Part shown: positions 10,407-20,772 of the stretch, in pieces
Layout of the letters: every line of letters starts with the position of its first letter
How positions within the stretch are numbered: the stretch's first letter is position 1
Assembly (NCBI GenBank): GCA_963734275.1
Contig: CAVTGO010000016.1
Location: 35,097 to 99,096 of the forward strand
Source: an uncultured Actinomycetes bacterium
GTDB taxonomy: Bacteria; Actinomycetota; UBA4738; HRBIN12
DNA: 64,000 bases
Direction: 5' to 3'
Position numbers and translations under genes: made by a program
The notes under the pieces: model-generated
What the model was told of the DNA's origin: nothing
What the model saw: the letters and a program-made list of their open reading frames with translations, nothing else
Database searches by the model: none

Positions 10407-10973
10407 ATGAGGACGATCATCGCCTGGTTGGTCGGTGGCCTGACGATCTCGGCCTGCGCGGGTGTCGGCGAGCGGGGGGATATCTCGACCCCGGGCTCGA
10501 TCCCGGGCTTGACCCGGGCCTCGTCGGGAGGCCCGAACACCTGTCCGGTGACCGTTCCTCCACAGCCCGGCCTCGTGCCCCCGGATCCGTATCCGTCCGA
10601 GCCCCCGTTCGAGCAGGTCTGGTACGGAACCCCTGAACTGTGGACCATCCTCGATGCGAACGGTGCAGTGTGGAGGGATCTACCGGTTGGAAACGGCCCC
10701 CACGCCGTCGGTGACAAGACGTTATGGTTCAGCGAGAGCTTCTCGACCGTGGAGGGCGAGGACTTCTCCGGCGATGCGGACATCACCCTCACAGCGATAC
10801 GTCTCGACGGGTTTGCTCCCACGGTGGTTCAAGAAGGCGGAGTACCGTCCTTCAATCGTGACATCAAGAACTTCATGCTCGTTCCCCTCGGACTCCCAGA
10901 GCCGGGATGTTGGGAACTCACCGCCAGGTACCGAGGGGCCGAACTCACCTACGTGCTTCAAGTCGAGGAATGA
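10407..10973 (+). CDS. hypothetical lipoprotein
   Basis: Signal peptide with lipobox ISAC; CPVT...PEPGCWELTARY motifs; RBS GAGGAG. Confidence 0.7.
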   Translation: MRTIIAWLVGGLTISACAGVGERGDISTPGSIPGLTRASSGGPNTCPVTVPPQPGLVPPDPYPSEPPFEQVWYGTPELWTILDANGAVWRDLPVGNGPHAVGDKTLWFSESFSTVEGEDFSGDADITLTAIRLDGFAPTVVQEGGVPSFNRDIKNFMLVPLGLPEPGCWELTARYRGAELTYVLQVEE

Positions 10974-11046
10974 ACCACGCCTTGAAGTGCGGAGGTCAGA
11001 AGGAACGAGCGGGGGTTCTTAACGTCTTCGACGACCACCGAGGGAG

Positions 11047-11463
11047 TCACTGTCGAGGGACGGTCGGCGTTTCGGGTGGATCGACGTAACCGTCGAGCTC
11101 GATCGTGTAGCCGTCCGGATCCGAGACATAAGCAAAGAGCTCCCCCGGCGAATGCTCACCGCGTCGTATCAGGCTGCCTCCAGCTGCAACTACTTCTTCG
11201 ACGGCTCGGTCCATATCAGCTGCATCCTTCAGCCGAAAGCCGAAGTGCGCGATCCCACCGCTATCTCCCGGACGGCCTGCCTCGTGGTCCGGGTCATCGT
11301 TCAAGGTGATCGTGTCGTGACTGCCGGGCGTGCGGAGAAACACCAGGTTCGCGCCGTCCCAGAACATCTCCCTCATCCCGAAGACTCGCTTGTAAAAGGC
11401 AAGCGATCTGGACAGGTCGCTTACCACGAGATGGATGTGAGTCAATCCCCCTGTGTCGACCAC
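11047..11463 (-). CDS. VOC/glyoxalase family protein
   Basis: HIHLVVSDLSRSLAFY, HFGF, YVSDPDGYTIEL. Confidence 0.9.
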   Translation of the reverse strand: MVDTGGLTHIHLVVSDLSRSLAFYKRVFGMREMFWDGANLVFLRTPGSHDTITLNDDPDHEAGRPGDSGGIAHFGFRLKDAADMDRAVEEVVAAGGSLIRRGEHSPGELFAYVSDPDGYTIELDGYVDPPETPTVPRQ

Positions 11464-11623
11464 TAGAGGCCCTCCGCCTTTGGATCCGCATCCTCACACG
11501 TAACGTGCACGTCGTGAAGAGCGCCTGGCCGTGTGCTCGCGCGCGCGCCCTCGTTGCCCTCCCTCGATCCACTGAGGAGCCGTCGGCTTGCGCGACGCCG
11601 TCGGCCCGCTGGAGACTATCCAC

Positions 11624-12970
11624 GTGACGCCCGAGACCAGGTACGCGAAGACCGCGGACGGGGTCCACATCGCCTACCAGGTGTGGGGAGACGGGCCGGT
11701 CGACCTCGTCTTCGTCATGGGGTTCGTGAACCACCTCGAGGTGGCGTTCGAGCACCCGCTCCAGGCTCGACTCTTCGATCGGCTCGCGTCGTTCGCGCGG
11801 CTGATCGTGTTCGACAAACGCGGGACGGGGCTGTCCGACCGCGAGCAGACGCCGGACCTCGACCGGCGGGCCGACGATCTGCGGGCGGTCCTCGACGCCG
11901 TCGGCTCGGAGCGGGCCGTCCTGTTCGGAGAGGCCGAGGGCGGAGCGCTGGTCGCGTTCTTCGCCGCGACGCATCCCGACCGCGTGCTGGGACTCATCCT
12001 CTACGGCTCGCGCGCACGGTACGCATGGGCTCCCGACTACCCGATGGGCATGAAGCGGGAGGACTACCTCGCCCGGCGTGAGGACATCGCGGCCGGATGG
12101 GGGACGTTCCAACGCGCGCAACGGCAGGTCGAACGAGCGGCCCCCTCGCTCGCCGGCGATGCCGGGTACGTCCGTTGGTGGGCCAAGCTCGAGCGGTACG
12201 GCGCCTCACCCGCCGCAGCCCTCGCCTTCGAGGACGTGTGGTACGAGACCGACGTTCGGCCGGTCCTCGGGAGCGTGCAAGCGCCGACGCTCGTGCTCTG
12301 CCGAACGAGCGACGACGGGGCATCGCCTTCCCGCGACCTGTCCGATCGGATCCCCGGTGCCAAGTACCTGGAGTTCGCGGGGCGCGACTACTACCCCGAG
12401 GCCGGCAACATGGACGAGATCCTCGACGCCGCGGAGCGGTTCGTGCAGTCCATCCGCGCGGAGGAGACCGAGATCAGCCGGGTCCTCGCGACCGTGCTCT
12501 TCACCGACATCGTCGACTCGACGGCGAAGGCGGCGGAGCTCCGCGATGTGGGATGGAAGGACCTGATCGAACGGCACCACCGCACGGTTCGGGCGATGAT
12601 CGGCAGGTATCGAGGTCGCGAGATCGACACGGCCGGAGACGGCTTCTTCGCCGCCTTCGACGGACCGGCGCGGGCCGTTCGATGCGCGCAGGCGATCGTC
12701 GAGGCGGTGAAGCCGATCGGGCTCGAGGTGCGGGCGGGTCTCCACACCGGCGAGGTCGAGACGATCGACGGCAAGATCGGGGGGATGGCGGTGATCATCG
12801 GGGCCCGCATCGGCGAGAAGGCGGTCCACTCGGAGGTCCTCACCTCCTCGACGGTGCGGGATCTCACCGCCGGGTCCGGCCTCGTCTTCGAGGACCACGG
12901 CGAGCACGAGCTGAAGGGCGTGCCCGGCGAGTGGCGCCTGTATGCGGTGGCGGGTGCCGAGCCGAACTAG
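11624..12970 (+). CDS. alpha/beta-hydrolase-fold + class III adenylate/guanylate cyclase (LipJ/Rv1900c-like)
   Basis: TRYAK...IAYQV, FDKRGTGLSD, VLFTDIVDST, TAGDGFFA, RAGLHTGE, ELKGVPG. Confidence 0.9.
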   Translation: MTPETRYAKTADGVHIAYQVWGDGPVDLVFVMGFVNHLEVAFEHPLQARLFDRLASFARLIVFDKRGTGLSDREQTPDLDRRADDLRAVLDAVGSERAVLFGEAEGGALVAFFAATHPDRVLGLILYGSRARYAWAPDYPMGMKREDYLARREDIAAGWGTFQRAQRQVERAAPSLAGDAGYVRWWAKLERYGASPAAALAFEDVWYETDVRPVLGSVQAPTLVLCRTSDDGASPSRDLSDRIPGAKYLEFAGRDYYPEAGNMDEILDAAERFVQSIRAEETEISRVLATVLFTDIVDSTAKAAELRDVGWKDLIERHHRTVRAMIGRYRGREIDTAGDGFFAAFDGPARAVRCAQAIVEAVKPIGLEVRAGLHTGEVETIDGKIGGMAVIIGARIGEKAVHSEVLTSSTVRDLTAGSGLVFEDHGEHELKGVPGEWRLYAVAGAEPN

Positions 12971-13149
12971 CGGAGCTTGTGGACTCGATACGTGTCAGGA
13001 TCCTCGTCCTGATCGACGATCGTCGCGAGGGCAGCTTCCGCGTCCTTCTTCTGCTCGTAGCTACGGACCTCGATCCAGCGAACGCCGTCCGGGTGCTGAC
13101 GTTGCAAGACGAACCTCGGAACGCGACGAGCCTGCTCGGCGTTCTCCAT
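12967..13149 (-). CDS. small hypothetical protein
   Basis: 60-aa ORF MENAEQARR...YRVHKLR with plausible codon usage, downstream of the S2P gene. Confidence 0.45.
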   Translation of the reverse strand: MENAEQARRVPRFVLQRQHPDGVRWIEVRSYEQKKDAEAALATIVDQDEDPDTYRVHKLR

Positions 13150-13218
13150 CCCGAGTCCGACGCCCAGAAGCTCTCTTCCGGGGGTACCCATCAGATCCCT
13201 CCGGGCGTCACGATGCGC

Positions 13219-14325
13219 TCACCGGCTCGCGGTCCGCGTGCGCGCCCATCGCACCAGGCCGCTGCCGGTGATCGCGCCCACCAGCTCGCCGTCGCGGACC
13301 ACGAGCGCGGCGCGCTCGGCGCCCAATCTGTCGGCGACCTCGTCGAGGGGCTCGTCGGGGTGGGCGAGCAACACCTGATCGAGCGGGATCAGCGCGTCGC
13401 GCGCCGGCCGCATCGGATCGGTACCACCTAGCTTCCTCGCCGAGTTGAACGAGATCATCCCGATGACCTTGCCATCCGCTACGACCGGGAACGCCTCGCC
13501 CTCGTGGCCGCGCAGGAACCGGTCGAGCGTCTGCGAGAGCGAGAGGTCGGCGGGCACGGCCGGCGGGGGAGGGTCCATCGCCTCGGCGACCGTGGCTCCG
13601 GCCAGACGCGAGGACAGACCGACGTGCTGCTCGTTCGCGCGCGCGCCCTGGAAGATGAAGAGCCCGATGAGCCCCAGCCAGATCGCGCCGAACAGGTCGT
13701 CGCGCGTCGCCTCGAGGATCGCCCACGCGATCATCCCGGCCCCGACGACCATCCCCGTGCGCGAGGCCACGCGCGTCCCGGTCTCGCGCCGGCCGGTGAT
13801 CCGCCAGACGACCGCCTGCAGCATGCGCCCGCCGTCGAGCGGCAACCCCGGGAGCGTGTTGAATACCGCCATGAACAGATTCACCCAGCCGATGTAGCCG
13901 AACAACCCGGGAAGCGGACCACTACCGCCCTGCGTGATCTGCTCGAGCACCCAGAACGCTCCTCCGAGCGCAAGGCTCGTGGCCGGCCCGAACGCCGCGA
14001 TCGCGAACGCGGGACCAGGCCCCTTCGACTCGGAGCGCGCGCTGGTGAACCCGCCGAAGAAGACCAGCGTGATGCCGTGAACCTCGATCCCCGCGAACCG
14101 GGCGGACAGGGCGTGCGCGCCCTCGTGCAGGAACACCGCCCCGAAGAAGAGGAAGGCGCCGAGGAGCGCGTATCCGAACGCTTGCGCCGTGCCGAGGCTC
14201 GGGAACTCGGCGTCGAACCTCGACCACAGCGAGGACACCGCGAGCACGGCGATCCAGATCCACGAGGAGTCCACGTTCACCGGGATCCCGCGGATCGTGA
14301 CGATGCGGAAGCTACGTCCGAACAT
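13219..14325 (-). CDS. site-2 protease (M50) family protein with CBS domains
   Basis: LHEGAH, FGG, AAFGP, FNTLPGLPLDGG, C-terminal CBS pair; TACCCT-N6-ATG. Confidence 0.9.
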   Translation of the reverse strand: MFGRSFRIVTIRGIPVNVDSSWIWIAVLAVSSLWSRFDAEFPSLGTAQAFGYALLGAFLFFGAVFLHEGAHALSARFAGIEVHGITLVFFGGFTSARSESKGPGPAFAIAAFGPATSLALGGAFWVLEQITQGGSGPLPGLFGYIGWVNLFMAVFNTLPGLPLDGGRMLQAVVWRITGRRETGTRVASRTGMVVGAGMIAWAILEATRDDLFGAIWLGLIGLFIFQGARANEQHVGLSSRLAGATVAEAMDPPPPAVPADLSLSQTLDRFLRGHEGEAFPVVADGKVIGMISFNSARKLGGTDPMRPARDALIPLDQVLLAHPDEPLDEVADRLGAERAALVVRDGELVGAITGSGLVRWARTRTASR

Positions 14326-14395
14326 GTTCCGAGGGTACCCCAGGCCCCTCGGAAGGCCCCCGGGCTCGAGCCGGACCGTCTGCGAAGGTGGAGGG

Positions 14396-15856
14396 GTGGG
14401 CGAGTCTCGAGCCCCGGTGCTGCGCAGGACACGGGCCGTGGCCGGCGCGGCGATCGTGGGCGTGCTGGGCGCGGCCCTTGGGATGGCTCTGCTCGGCCGG
14501 ACGGCCGTCTCGGTCGGCCCGTTCGGCGTGGAACTGGAAGGCGGGTTCGGTTCCGGGGTGACCCGGCTGGAACTCCCCCCGTTCGGCGAACTCGCCGCCG
14601 ACACCCACGTCGCGCCCCTCTCGCTCTCGGCGTCGCTGCGCGATGTCGGCGTGGAACGGCTCACGGATGCGGTCCGCCGCGACGGGGTGGACGGCCTCGT
14701 GGACCGGATCGAGAGCCAGCTGATCGCACAGGTCCGCTGGTTCGCCTGGAGGCTGCTGCTCGTCGCGCTCGCAGGTGGCGTGGCGCTCTCGGTCCTGGTG
14801 TTCCGCCGGCGATGGGATCTCGTCGCGATCGGCGTGATCGCGGCAACGTGCTCGGTCGCAGGCTCGGAGACCTTGGCCGCCATGACCTACGAGCCCGCTG
14901 CCTTCTCGGAGCCGAGCTACTCGGGATCGCTCACGCTCGCTCGCGATCTGATCGGCCCGATCCGAGATGCCTCGGACCGGATCGAGAGCCTGCGCGATGG
15001 GCTCGAGCAGGCGGTCGACGGGGCGGTGCGCGCGTACACCTCGCTGGAGGGCAGCCCGAGCTTCGACGACGGTGGTCTGCGCGTCCTGCACATATCGGAC
15101 ATCCACGCCTCTCCGCTCGGGATGGACTTCGCGCAGCAGGTGGCGCGTGGCTTCGACGTCGACCTGGTGGTCGACACCGGCGACCTCACGTCCTTCGCGA
15201 CGCCGATCGAGGACCTGATCGCCTCGCGCATCCCAGGGTTCGGGCGCCCATACGTGTTCGTGGCGGGGAGCCATGACCCGCTCTCGCTGCAGCTGCGGAT
15301 CGCGGGCGCGCCGAACGGGATCGTGCTGGACGGGGACGCGATCACGATCGAGGGGCTCACGATCTACGGGCTGGCGCACCCGGCCTTCACGCCCGCTCGG
15401 GGAGCATCGGTGGACGACGAGGCGTTCGAGGCGCTCGCGCGCGCGGCCGGCGAGGTCATCGCCGCCGACCTCGACGCGGCCGAAGAGCCCGTCGACCTGA
15501 TCGCGGTGCACGACGACCGCATGGCCGAGGCGGTGGCCGGCCGGGTGCCGCTCGTGATCTCCGGCCACTTCCACGAGACGCGGGGGCTCGTCCTCGACGG
15601 CACACTGTTCCTGCGTATCGGGACGACCGGAGCCTCGGGCGCCGGGGTGTTCCGAGGTCTCGATGAGATCCCCTTCTCCGCCGAGGTCCTCTACTTCTCG
15701 CCCGGCGAGGACCCGCGGCTGATCGCCTACGACGTGATCGAACAGCTGCCGGACTCGGGGAACCTGACCGTCCGCCGAGTGATCGTCGCCGAGGAGTACG
15801 GTGATCCATCAACCGGCCCGATGGGCCTCTCCGGCCCGTCCCCTACCGGCATCTGA
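14396..15856 (+). CDS. membrane-anchored metallophosphoesterase
   Basis: HISDIH, DTGDL, GSHD, VHD, SGHFH motifs after TM segments; start approximate. Confidence 0.85.
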   Translation: MGESRAPVLRRTRAVAGAAIVGVLGAALGMALLGRTAVSVGPFGVELEGGFGSGVTRLELPPFGELAADTHVAPLSLSASLRDVGVERLTDAVRRDGVDGLVDRIESQLIAQVRWFAWRLLLVALAGGVALSVLVFRRRWDLVAIGVIAATCSVAGSETLAAMTYEPAAFSEPSYSGSLTLARDLIGPIRDASDRIESLRDGLEQAVDGAVRAYTSLEGSPSFDDGGLRVLHISDIHASPLGMDFAQQVARGFDVDLVVDTGDLTSFATPIEDLIASRIPGFGRPYVFVAGSHDPLSLQLRIAGAPNGIVLDGDAITIEGLTIYGLAHPAFTPARGASVDDEAFEALARAAGEVIAADLDAAEEPVDLIAVHDDRMAEAVAGRVPLVISGHFHETRGLVLDGTLFLRIGTTGASGAGVFRGLDEIPFSAEVLYFSPGEDPRLIAYDVIEQLPDSGNLTVRRVIVAEEYGDPSTGPMGLSGPSPTGI

Positions 15857-15880
15857 ACGAACCCGCCACCGGAGGCGTTC
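15854..15880 (+). promoter_or_regulatory. putative ECF-sigma autoregulatory promoter
   Basis: TGAAC-N17-CGTTC directly upstream of the ECF sigma gene; implies start at ATG 15890. Confidence 0.5.
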
Positions 15881-15889
15881 ATGGACCAG

Positions 15890-16432
15890 ATGAACGAACC
15901 CGCGAGCGCGGTGTCGGAGCGGGTCGGGCCCCTCGGGGCCGTCCAGCCCCCGGCACCACCGGCGAGCTTCGAGGCCTTCTTCGAGGCCGAGCACGCACGC
16001 CTGCTCCGGGCGATGTACCTGGTGACCGGCAACCGGCAGGAGGCCGAGGAGATCGTGCAGGACTCCTTCCTCGCGGTGTGGGAGCGATGGGACCGGGTGG
16101 CCTCGATGGACGAGCCCACCGGCTACCTGTTCCGCTCGGCGATGAACCGCTTCCGCAGCCGGCTGCGTCGAGCCGCTCGCGCGGCGCGCAAGGTCGTCGG
16201 GGCGGCCGAGGGCGGCGACGCGTTCGCCGCGGCCGACGAGCGCGACGCGCTCGCGCGGGCCCTCGCGACGCTCCCCGAGCGCCAGCGCGCCGCGATCGTG
16301 TTGACCGAGCTCCTCGGCTACGGGTCGGTGGAGGCCGGCAAGGTGCTCGGCGTGAAGGACGTGACCGTGCGCTCGCTCGCGTCGCAGGCGCGCGCGGCCC
16401 TTCGGACCAAGCTAGGAGAGAGTGATGAGTGA
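15890..16432 (+). CDS. ECF RNA polymerase sigma factor
   Basis: FEAFFEAEH, AEEIVQDSF...WERW, LPERQRAAIVL, region 4 HTH. Confidence 0.9.
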   Translation: MNEPASAVSERVGPLGAVQPPAPPASFEAFFEAEHARLLRAMYLVTGNRQEAEEIVQDSFLAVWERWDRVASMDEPTGYLFRSAMNRFRSRLRRAARAARKVVGAAEGGDAFAAADERDALARALATLPERQRAAIVLTELLGYGSVEAGKVLGVKDVTVRSLASQARAALRTKLGESDE

Positions 16433-18485
16433 CCTTCGGAACCGCATGGAACGGCTCGGCGACCGCGCGCTGGCGGAGCTGGGCGCGTTCGAGCGACTCG
16501 AGCGGCGTCGCACGCGCAAGGTGCGGAACCGCAAGATCGGAGCGGGAGTGCTCGCGCTGGTGTTGACGCTCGGCGGCTCGGTCGCCGCCTTCAGCGCGTT
16601 CCGAAGCGGCGACGAACCGACGATCGGCGGCGTCGAGGCCGACGACGGGTTCTACGCGCTCTGGCCCGAGCAGACCGAGGCCGGCCTGGCGGCGGCACAA
16701 GAGCGGGTCGACGGGGGCGACGAGGGGTTCGCGTGGCGCTCGGATCCGATCGAGGTGGCCAGGGCCTTCGCCCTCGAGAAGCTTCTATGGCCATCCGCCG
16801 AGATCGAGATACCGGACGGAACGGATCTCGAAGGAGACGATGTCATCTTCCTCGAGCTTGGTGTCCCTCCCGAGCAGGTCGCTTGCGATCAGATCGTCAG
16901 CGACGCGACCTGTCCGACCTCGCGCACGACGGTGAGGATGGAACGGCTCGGCTCCGACAACCGCCTCTGGAGCATCGTCGAGGTCCACGGGGATGATCTT
17001 GCGCTCCCGCTCGTCGCTGGCCAGGAGCTTGCAGCCGGCTCGACGATCGTCCTGCCGACGAACCTCGCCGACGGGGAGAAGGTCTCGATGGGTGTCGCCT
17101 TCCTGACGGCGTGCGATGCCTCCGGCGTGGACGAGAACGTCGAGGCCGTTGCCGGGACGCTCGAGTTCGACGTGCCGGCCGTCAGCGATGGGTGCACGGG
17201 CTACGTGTACGCGATGCGGCCGAAGACGGGGGTCGGAGCGGTGGCCATCGGCAGTTTCCTATTCGCGGGAGCGGAGGAGGTTCCCGGGATCGGCTACCTG
17301 GTGGAAGAGATCGCGGCAGTGCCGGTGCGGTTCGTGCCCGAGGGTTCCACTGGCGCTTCGGTTCCCGATGTCGCCCGGGTCGTCTGCCTTGGATCGGACA
17401 TCACGGTCGAGACCCCCGTCGTGCGCGCCCAGCCCGACGGGTTCCACATCACCGTCGTGAACCAAGGCGACGAGGAGGTCTCGTTCTCCGTGTTCCAGAA
17501 CGTTGGACTGACGCCAGAGGGCGCCGGCGACGTGGCGGTCTCGAGCGGTGCTGGAGGCGGGAACGGCGCGCCGCCGGGCGAGAGCTCGAGTGTGTGGACG
17601 TATCCGCCCGGGACGTACTCGCTCTCGTGCGCGCCGACGCCCGAGCCTGGTGAGGCCGGCGTGGCGGGGATCGGGAAGCTCGAGGTGGTCGACCCCGACG
17701 GCCACTACGTGCCGGCCGAGCTCGAATGCGCGACCGGCGAAGCCTATGGCAGCGGTGCCGCCTACGCCGCCGGGGGTGATGACGCCGAGCCCACCGGCTT
17801 CGCGGGAGATCCCGTGCAGGTGGCTCGCGATCACGTCTTCGGCATCGAGTTCGACGACGTCGTCGAGCGCGCCGGCTACCCCGAGAGCGAGCAGCCGATC
17901 ATCCGGATCGTCCGCGACGGCGCGGTGGTCGGCAAGGTGACCTTGCGCGACGACGGTTCGGGCAGCTGGCTCGACGACACGGTCGAGGGGTGCGGCGGGA
18001 CGCAGTTCGGATGGAGCGAGGACATCACGGGCGTCTCGGGCCCGATTGGGGAGACTGGCGGCGGGTCGCTCGGGGATCCCGGATCTGGCTCCCTACCGGT
18101 GTGCGCCATGGAGGCCGGTGGCAACAACATCCACGAGGGCGCCGACGTCCACATCGACCAGGAGAACCTCGAGTTCGACACGGCCTGCCTGATCATGCCC
18201 GCGGGGGAACCGCTGACGATCCTGTTCAGCAACCTCGGCGACGGCATCCCGAGCAACATCTCGATCCACCCGATGACGCCCTGCCTGAGCGAGAGCCTGA
18301 GCCACGCGATCCCCACGGGCTGTCCCTCCGGCGAGCTGGACTCGCCGATATTCGTGGGCGAGACGATCACCGGCGTGTCCGAGATCGTCTACGAGTTCGG
18401 GCCGCTCGAGCACGGTGAGTATTACGTCCAGGACGACATCCATCCGATGAGCCGAGGCGTGCTGATCGTCGAGTCGGCCCGCTGA
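16425..18485 (+). CDS. putative anti-sigma factor with large acidic extracytoplasmic region
   Basis: Overlaps the sigma stop; short basic N-terminus, single TM, multi-domain exterior ending in a cupredoxin-like segment (GEYYVQDDIHPM). Confidence 0.65.
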   Translation: MSDLRNRMERLGDRALAELGAFERLERRRTRKVRNRKIGAGVLALVLTLGGSVAAFSAFRSGDEPTIGGVEADDGFYALWPEQTEAGLAAAQERVDGGDEGFAWRSDPIEVARAFALEKLLWPSAEIEIPDGTDLEGDDVIFLELGVPPEQVACDQIVSDATCPTSRTTVRMERLGSDNRLWSIVEVHGDDLALPLVAGQELAAGSTIVLPTNLADGEKVSMGVAFLTACDASGVDENVEAVAGTLEFDVPAVSDGCTGYVYAMRPKTGVGAVAIGSFLFAGAEEVPGIGYLVEEIAAVPVRFVPEGSTGASVPDVARVVCLGSDITVETPVVRAQPDGFHITVVNQGDEEVSFSVFQNVGLTPEGAGDVAVSSGAGGGNGAPPGESSSVWTYPPGTYSLSCAPTPEPGEAGVAGIGKLEVVDPDGHYVPAELECATGEAYGSGAAYAAGGDDAEPTGFAGDPVQVARDHVFGIEFDDVVERAGYPESEQPIIRIVRDGAVVGKVTLRDDGSGSWLDDTVEGCGGTQFGWSEDITGVSGPIGETGGGSLGDPGSGSLPVCAMEAGGNNIHEGADVHIDQENLEFDTACLIMPAGEPLTILFSNLGDGIPSNISIHPMTPCLSESLSHAIPTGCPSGELDSPIFVGETITGVSEIVYEFGPLEHGEYYVQDDIHPMSRGVLIVESAR

Positions 18486-18703
18486 CGAGGGTCACTAGCT
18501 GCGCGGATACGCGTAGGAGCCGATCGACGCCGGCCTTTGCCGGATCGCCACCCTGTGTAATGACGGACCGCTGCTACTGTTGAGGGGTTCACCGGAGCCC
18601 TCATAACGGGTCCGGCGGAGTAGCGTCCGGCCCGGCCTACCCTCCCTTCCACGCGGGGAACTTGCCCGCGGGGTCGGGCCGGACCCTAGTCCTCGGAGAG
18701 GTG

Positions 18704-19603
18704 TTACTCGTCGAGCAGGTCGGCGAGTTGGCGGGCGTTGTTCACCGCGTAATCCCGGTAGCAGTTGTTCATCAGCACATGGGTTTCGCGCGTCTCGGCC
18801 GCGAGCTCGGCGATCCGCGGCGCCCACTCCTCCAGCTCGGTCTGCGAGTACTCGTAGCGGAAGCGCTCGCTGGCGGTGTCGGACTTCACGTTCCAGGCCT
18901 CGTTGTTGCGCCCGTGGAAGCGGACCATCGACAGGTCCTTCGCCGTGGCCGCGGCAACCGGCGGCACGCTCGAATCGAACCCCTGCGGCATGTCGACGCC
19001 GACGAGGGGCAGATCGTGCTCCTCGAGGAAGGACAACGTCTCCTCGGCGTTCCGCTCCTCGAGCCACGTCTTGTGCCGGAACTCGACGGCGATCCGGAAG
19101 TCCTTCAGGCGGTCGGCCGCCTCCAGGATGTACTCCTTGCTCTTGCGCCCGATCACGAACCACTGCGGGAACTGGAACAGGACGGCGCCGAGCTTTCCGG
19201 CGGAGTGCAGCGGCATCAGCGCGTCGTGGAACCGTTGCCAGACCTCGTCGACGACGGCGTCGGGAAGTTGCTCGCGGTAGAGGTTGCGTTTGCCCTCGAG
19301 CTCCGCCGGGATTTCGTCTTGCAGGTCCTTGTAGAGGGAGTCGCGGCGGGTGGGGTGGTTGGTGAGGAGCGAGTACGCCTTGACGTTGAACGTGAAGTCC
19401 TTCGGCGTGCGCTCGATCCACAGCACCGAGTTCCGCTCCGACGGCGGGAAGTAGTAGGTGGAGTCCACCTCGACGAGCGGGAACTGCTCGGCGTAGTAGC
19501 GCAGGCGAGCCTCGGCCGAACGGGCGTCCTTCGGGTAGAAGTTCCCGTCCTTGATCAGGGTCGGATCGGTCCAGCTCGAGGTGCCGATCAGGATGTTGCC
19601 CAC
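18704..19603 (-). CDS. DUF72 domain-containing protein
   Basis: IGTSSW, VEVDSTYY, LFQFP, AVEFRH, VRFHGRN, YEYS, MNN. Confidence 0.9.
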   Translation of the reverse strand: MGNILIGTSSWTDPTLIKDGNFYPKDARSAEARLRYYAEQFPLVEVDSTYYFPPSERNSVLWIERTPKDFTFNVKAYSLLTNHPTRRDSLYKDLQDEIPAELEGKRNLYREQLPDAVVDEVWQRFHDALMPLHSAGKLGAVLFQFPQWFVIGRKSKEYILEAADRLKDFRIAVEFRHKTWLEERNAEETLSFLEEHDLPLVGVDMPQGFDSSVPPVAAATAKDLSMVRFHGRNNEAWNVKSDTASERFRYEYSQTELEEWAPRIAELAAETRETHVLMNNCYRDYAVNNARQLADLLDE

Positions 19604-19639
19604 GGGTCCAGGGTAGCTTCCGAAGCCGAGGCATAGGAA

Positions 19640-19668
19640 GGGCGGCCGCGCCGTCGGCGCGACCGCCC
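19640..19668 (-). terminator. putative hairpin terminator
   Basis: GC-rich stem GGGCGGcCGCGCC-gtc-GGCGCGaCCGCCC just downstream of the 19687 stop. Confidence 0.4.
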
Positions 19669-19686
19669 GATCCCGCTGAACCCCGC

Positions 19687-20226
19687 CTAGCTAGGGAAGC
19701 TGCCGGGCCCGGAGTTGTCGTCGCCCGGGACGTCCTCGTCACCGTTGCCGGGGCCGGAGTTATCGTCGTCATCGTCGTTCTCGTCGTCGTCGTCGTCGGC
19801 GTTGCCCGGACCCGAGTTCTCGCTCGGCCCGGAGTTGTCGTCCTCTCCGTCCTGGTTACCGTTGCCGGGACCGGAGTTGTCATCGTCGGTCGCGCCGCCG
19901 CCCACGCACTCGGGATCGTTCGCGTGCTCGACCTCGTCGCAGTTGCCCGAGACGTCGCCGCCGGGTGACGGACTGTCGCTCGGGCTCGGCGTCTCGGTGG
20001 GACTGGGCGTCTCGCTCGGGCTCGGCGTCTCGGTGGGACTGGGGGTCTCTGTGGGACTGGGGGTCTGTGTGGGACTGGGGGTCTCGCTCGGGCTGGAGGT
20101 TCCGGTCGGGGTCACGGTCGGCGTCGGCGAGTTGACCCCGCCGTTCTGCGCGAACGCCACCACGCCGATGACGCCCACCAGCGCGAACGCGGCGATCGCC
20201 GCCACCACTCGCATCGACTTCCTCAT
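19687..20226 (-). CDS. secreted low-complexity protein (TPSP linker, [12 protein letters not shown] motif, DDNSGPG repeats)
   Basis: Signal peptide MRKSMRVV...AFA; RBS AAGGAGG; 18-bp tandem repeats encoding ETPSP(T/S). Confidence 0.75.
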   Translation of the reverse strand: MRKSMRVVAAIAAFALVGVIGVVAFAQNGGVNSPTPTVTPTGTSSPSETPSPTQTPSPTETPSPTETPSPSETPSPTETPSPSDSPSPGGDVSGNCDEVEHANDPECVGGGATDDDNSGPGNGNQDGEDDNSGPSENSGPGNADDDDDENDDDDDNSGPGNGDEDVPGDDNSGPGSFPS

Positions 20227-20293
20227 GTCGTCCTCCTTCGTCCGGTGACGTGTCCACCGTAGGAGGAGGCGCTCCAAGGTCCGGGTCCGTTCG

Positions 20294-20311
20294 GGCTAAG
20301 CGGTGGCTAAG
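20294..20311. promoter_or_regulatory. OmpR-type direct repeat
   Basis: GGCTAAG-N4-GGCTAAG (11-bp period) upstream of a TACGGT -10 box of the 20226 gene. Confidence 0.45.
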
Positions 20312-20326
20312 GATCGACGAGCGAGG

Positions 20327-20710
20327 TCAGTCGTCGCCCGAGCCGGGACCGGAGTTATCGCCCGAGCCAGATCCCGAGCCGGACGAGTCGTCCGAGCCGG
20401 AGCCCGAGCCCGAGTTGTCTGAACCCGGCCCCGAGTTGTCGCCATCGGAGCCGGAGCCCGAGTTCCCGCCGTCATCGTCGACAGACGGGGAGGGGGTCTC
20501 GGTCCGGGTGGGCTCGGGAGTCCGGTCTTCCCGATCGTCGTCGGAGCGCGACGGCGACGGCGTCGGTTCGGCCACCGGCGTGAGGACGGGAAGACCCGCA
20601 GGCTGCGAGATGTCCTGCCCGGCAAGCGCGAACGCCCCGACGGTGAGCCCGAGGGCGACGGCCAGCCCCGCTAAACCCCAACCGAGAACGACGAGAACGC
20701 GCTTGGTCAC
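20327..20710 (-). CDS. small secreted/membrane-anchored hydrophilic protein with D-N-S-G repeats
   Basis: N-terminal hydrophobic helix, Pro/Thr linker, DNSGPG/SGSG tail. Confidence 0.7.
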   Translation of the reverse strand: MTKRVLVVLGWGLAGLAVALGLTVGAFALAGQDISQPAGLPVLTPVAEPTPSPSRSDDDREDRTPEPTRTETPSPSVDDDGGNSGSGSDGDNSGPGSDNSGSGSGSDDSSGSGSGSGDNSGPGSGDD

Positions 20711-20772
20711 GCCTCAAGGGTAGGACCCGGTGGGATAAGGGCGAGTAAAGACACCTCGCGAAAGGGGAGCGC

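Noticed and set aside
19970-20110. 18-bp tandem repeats as a possible CRISPR array
   Set aside because: No unique spacers; they encode an ETPSP linker within a CDS; no cas genes
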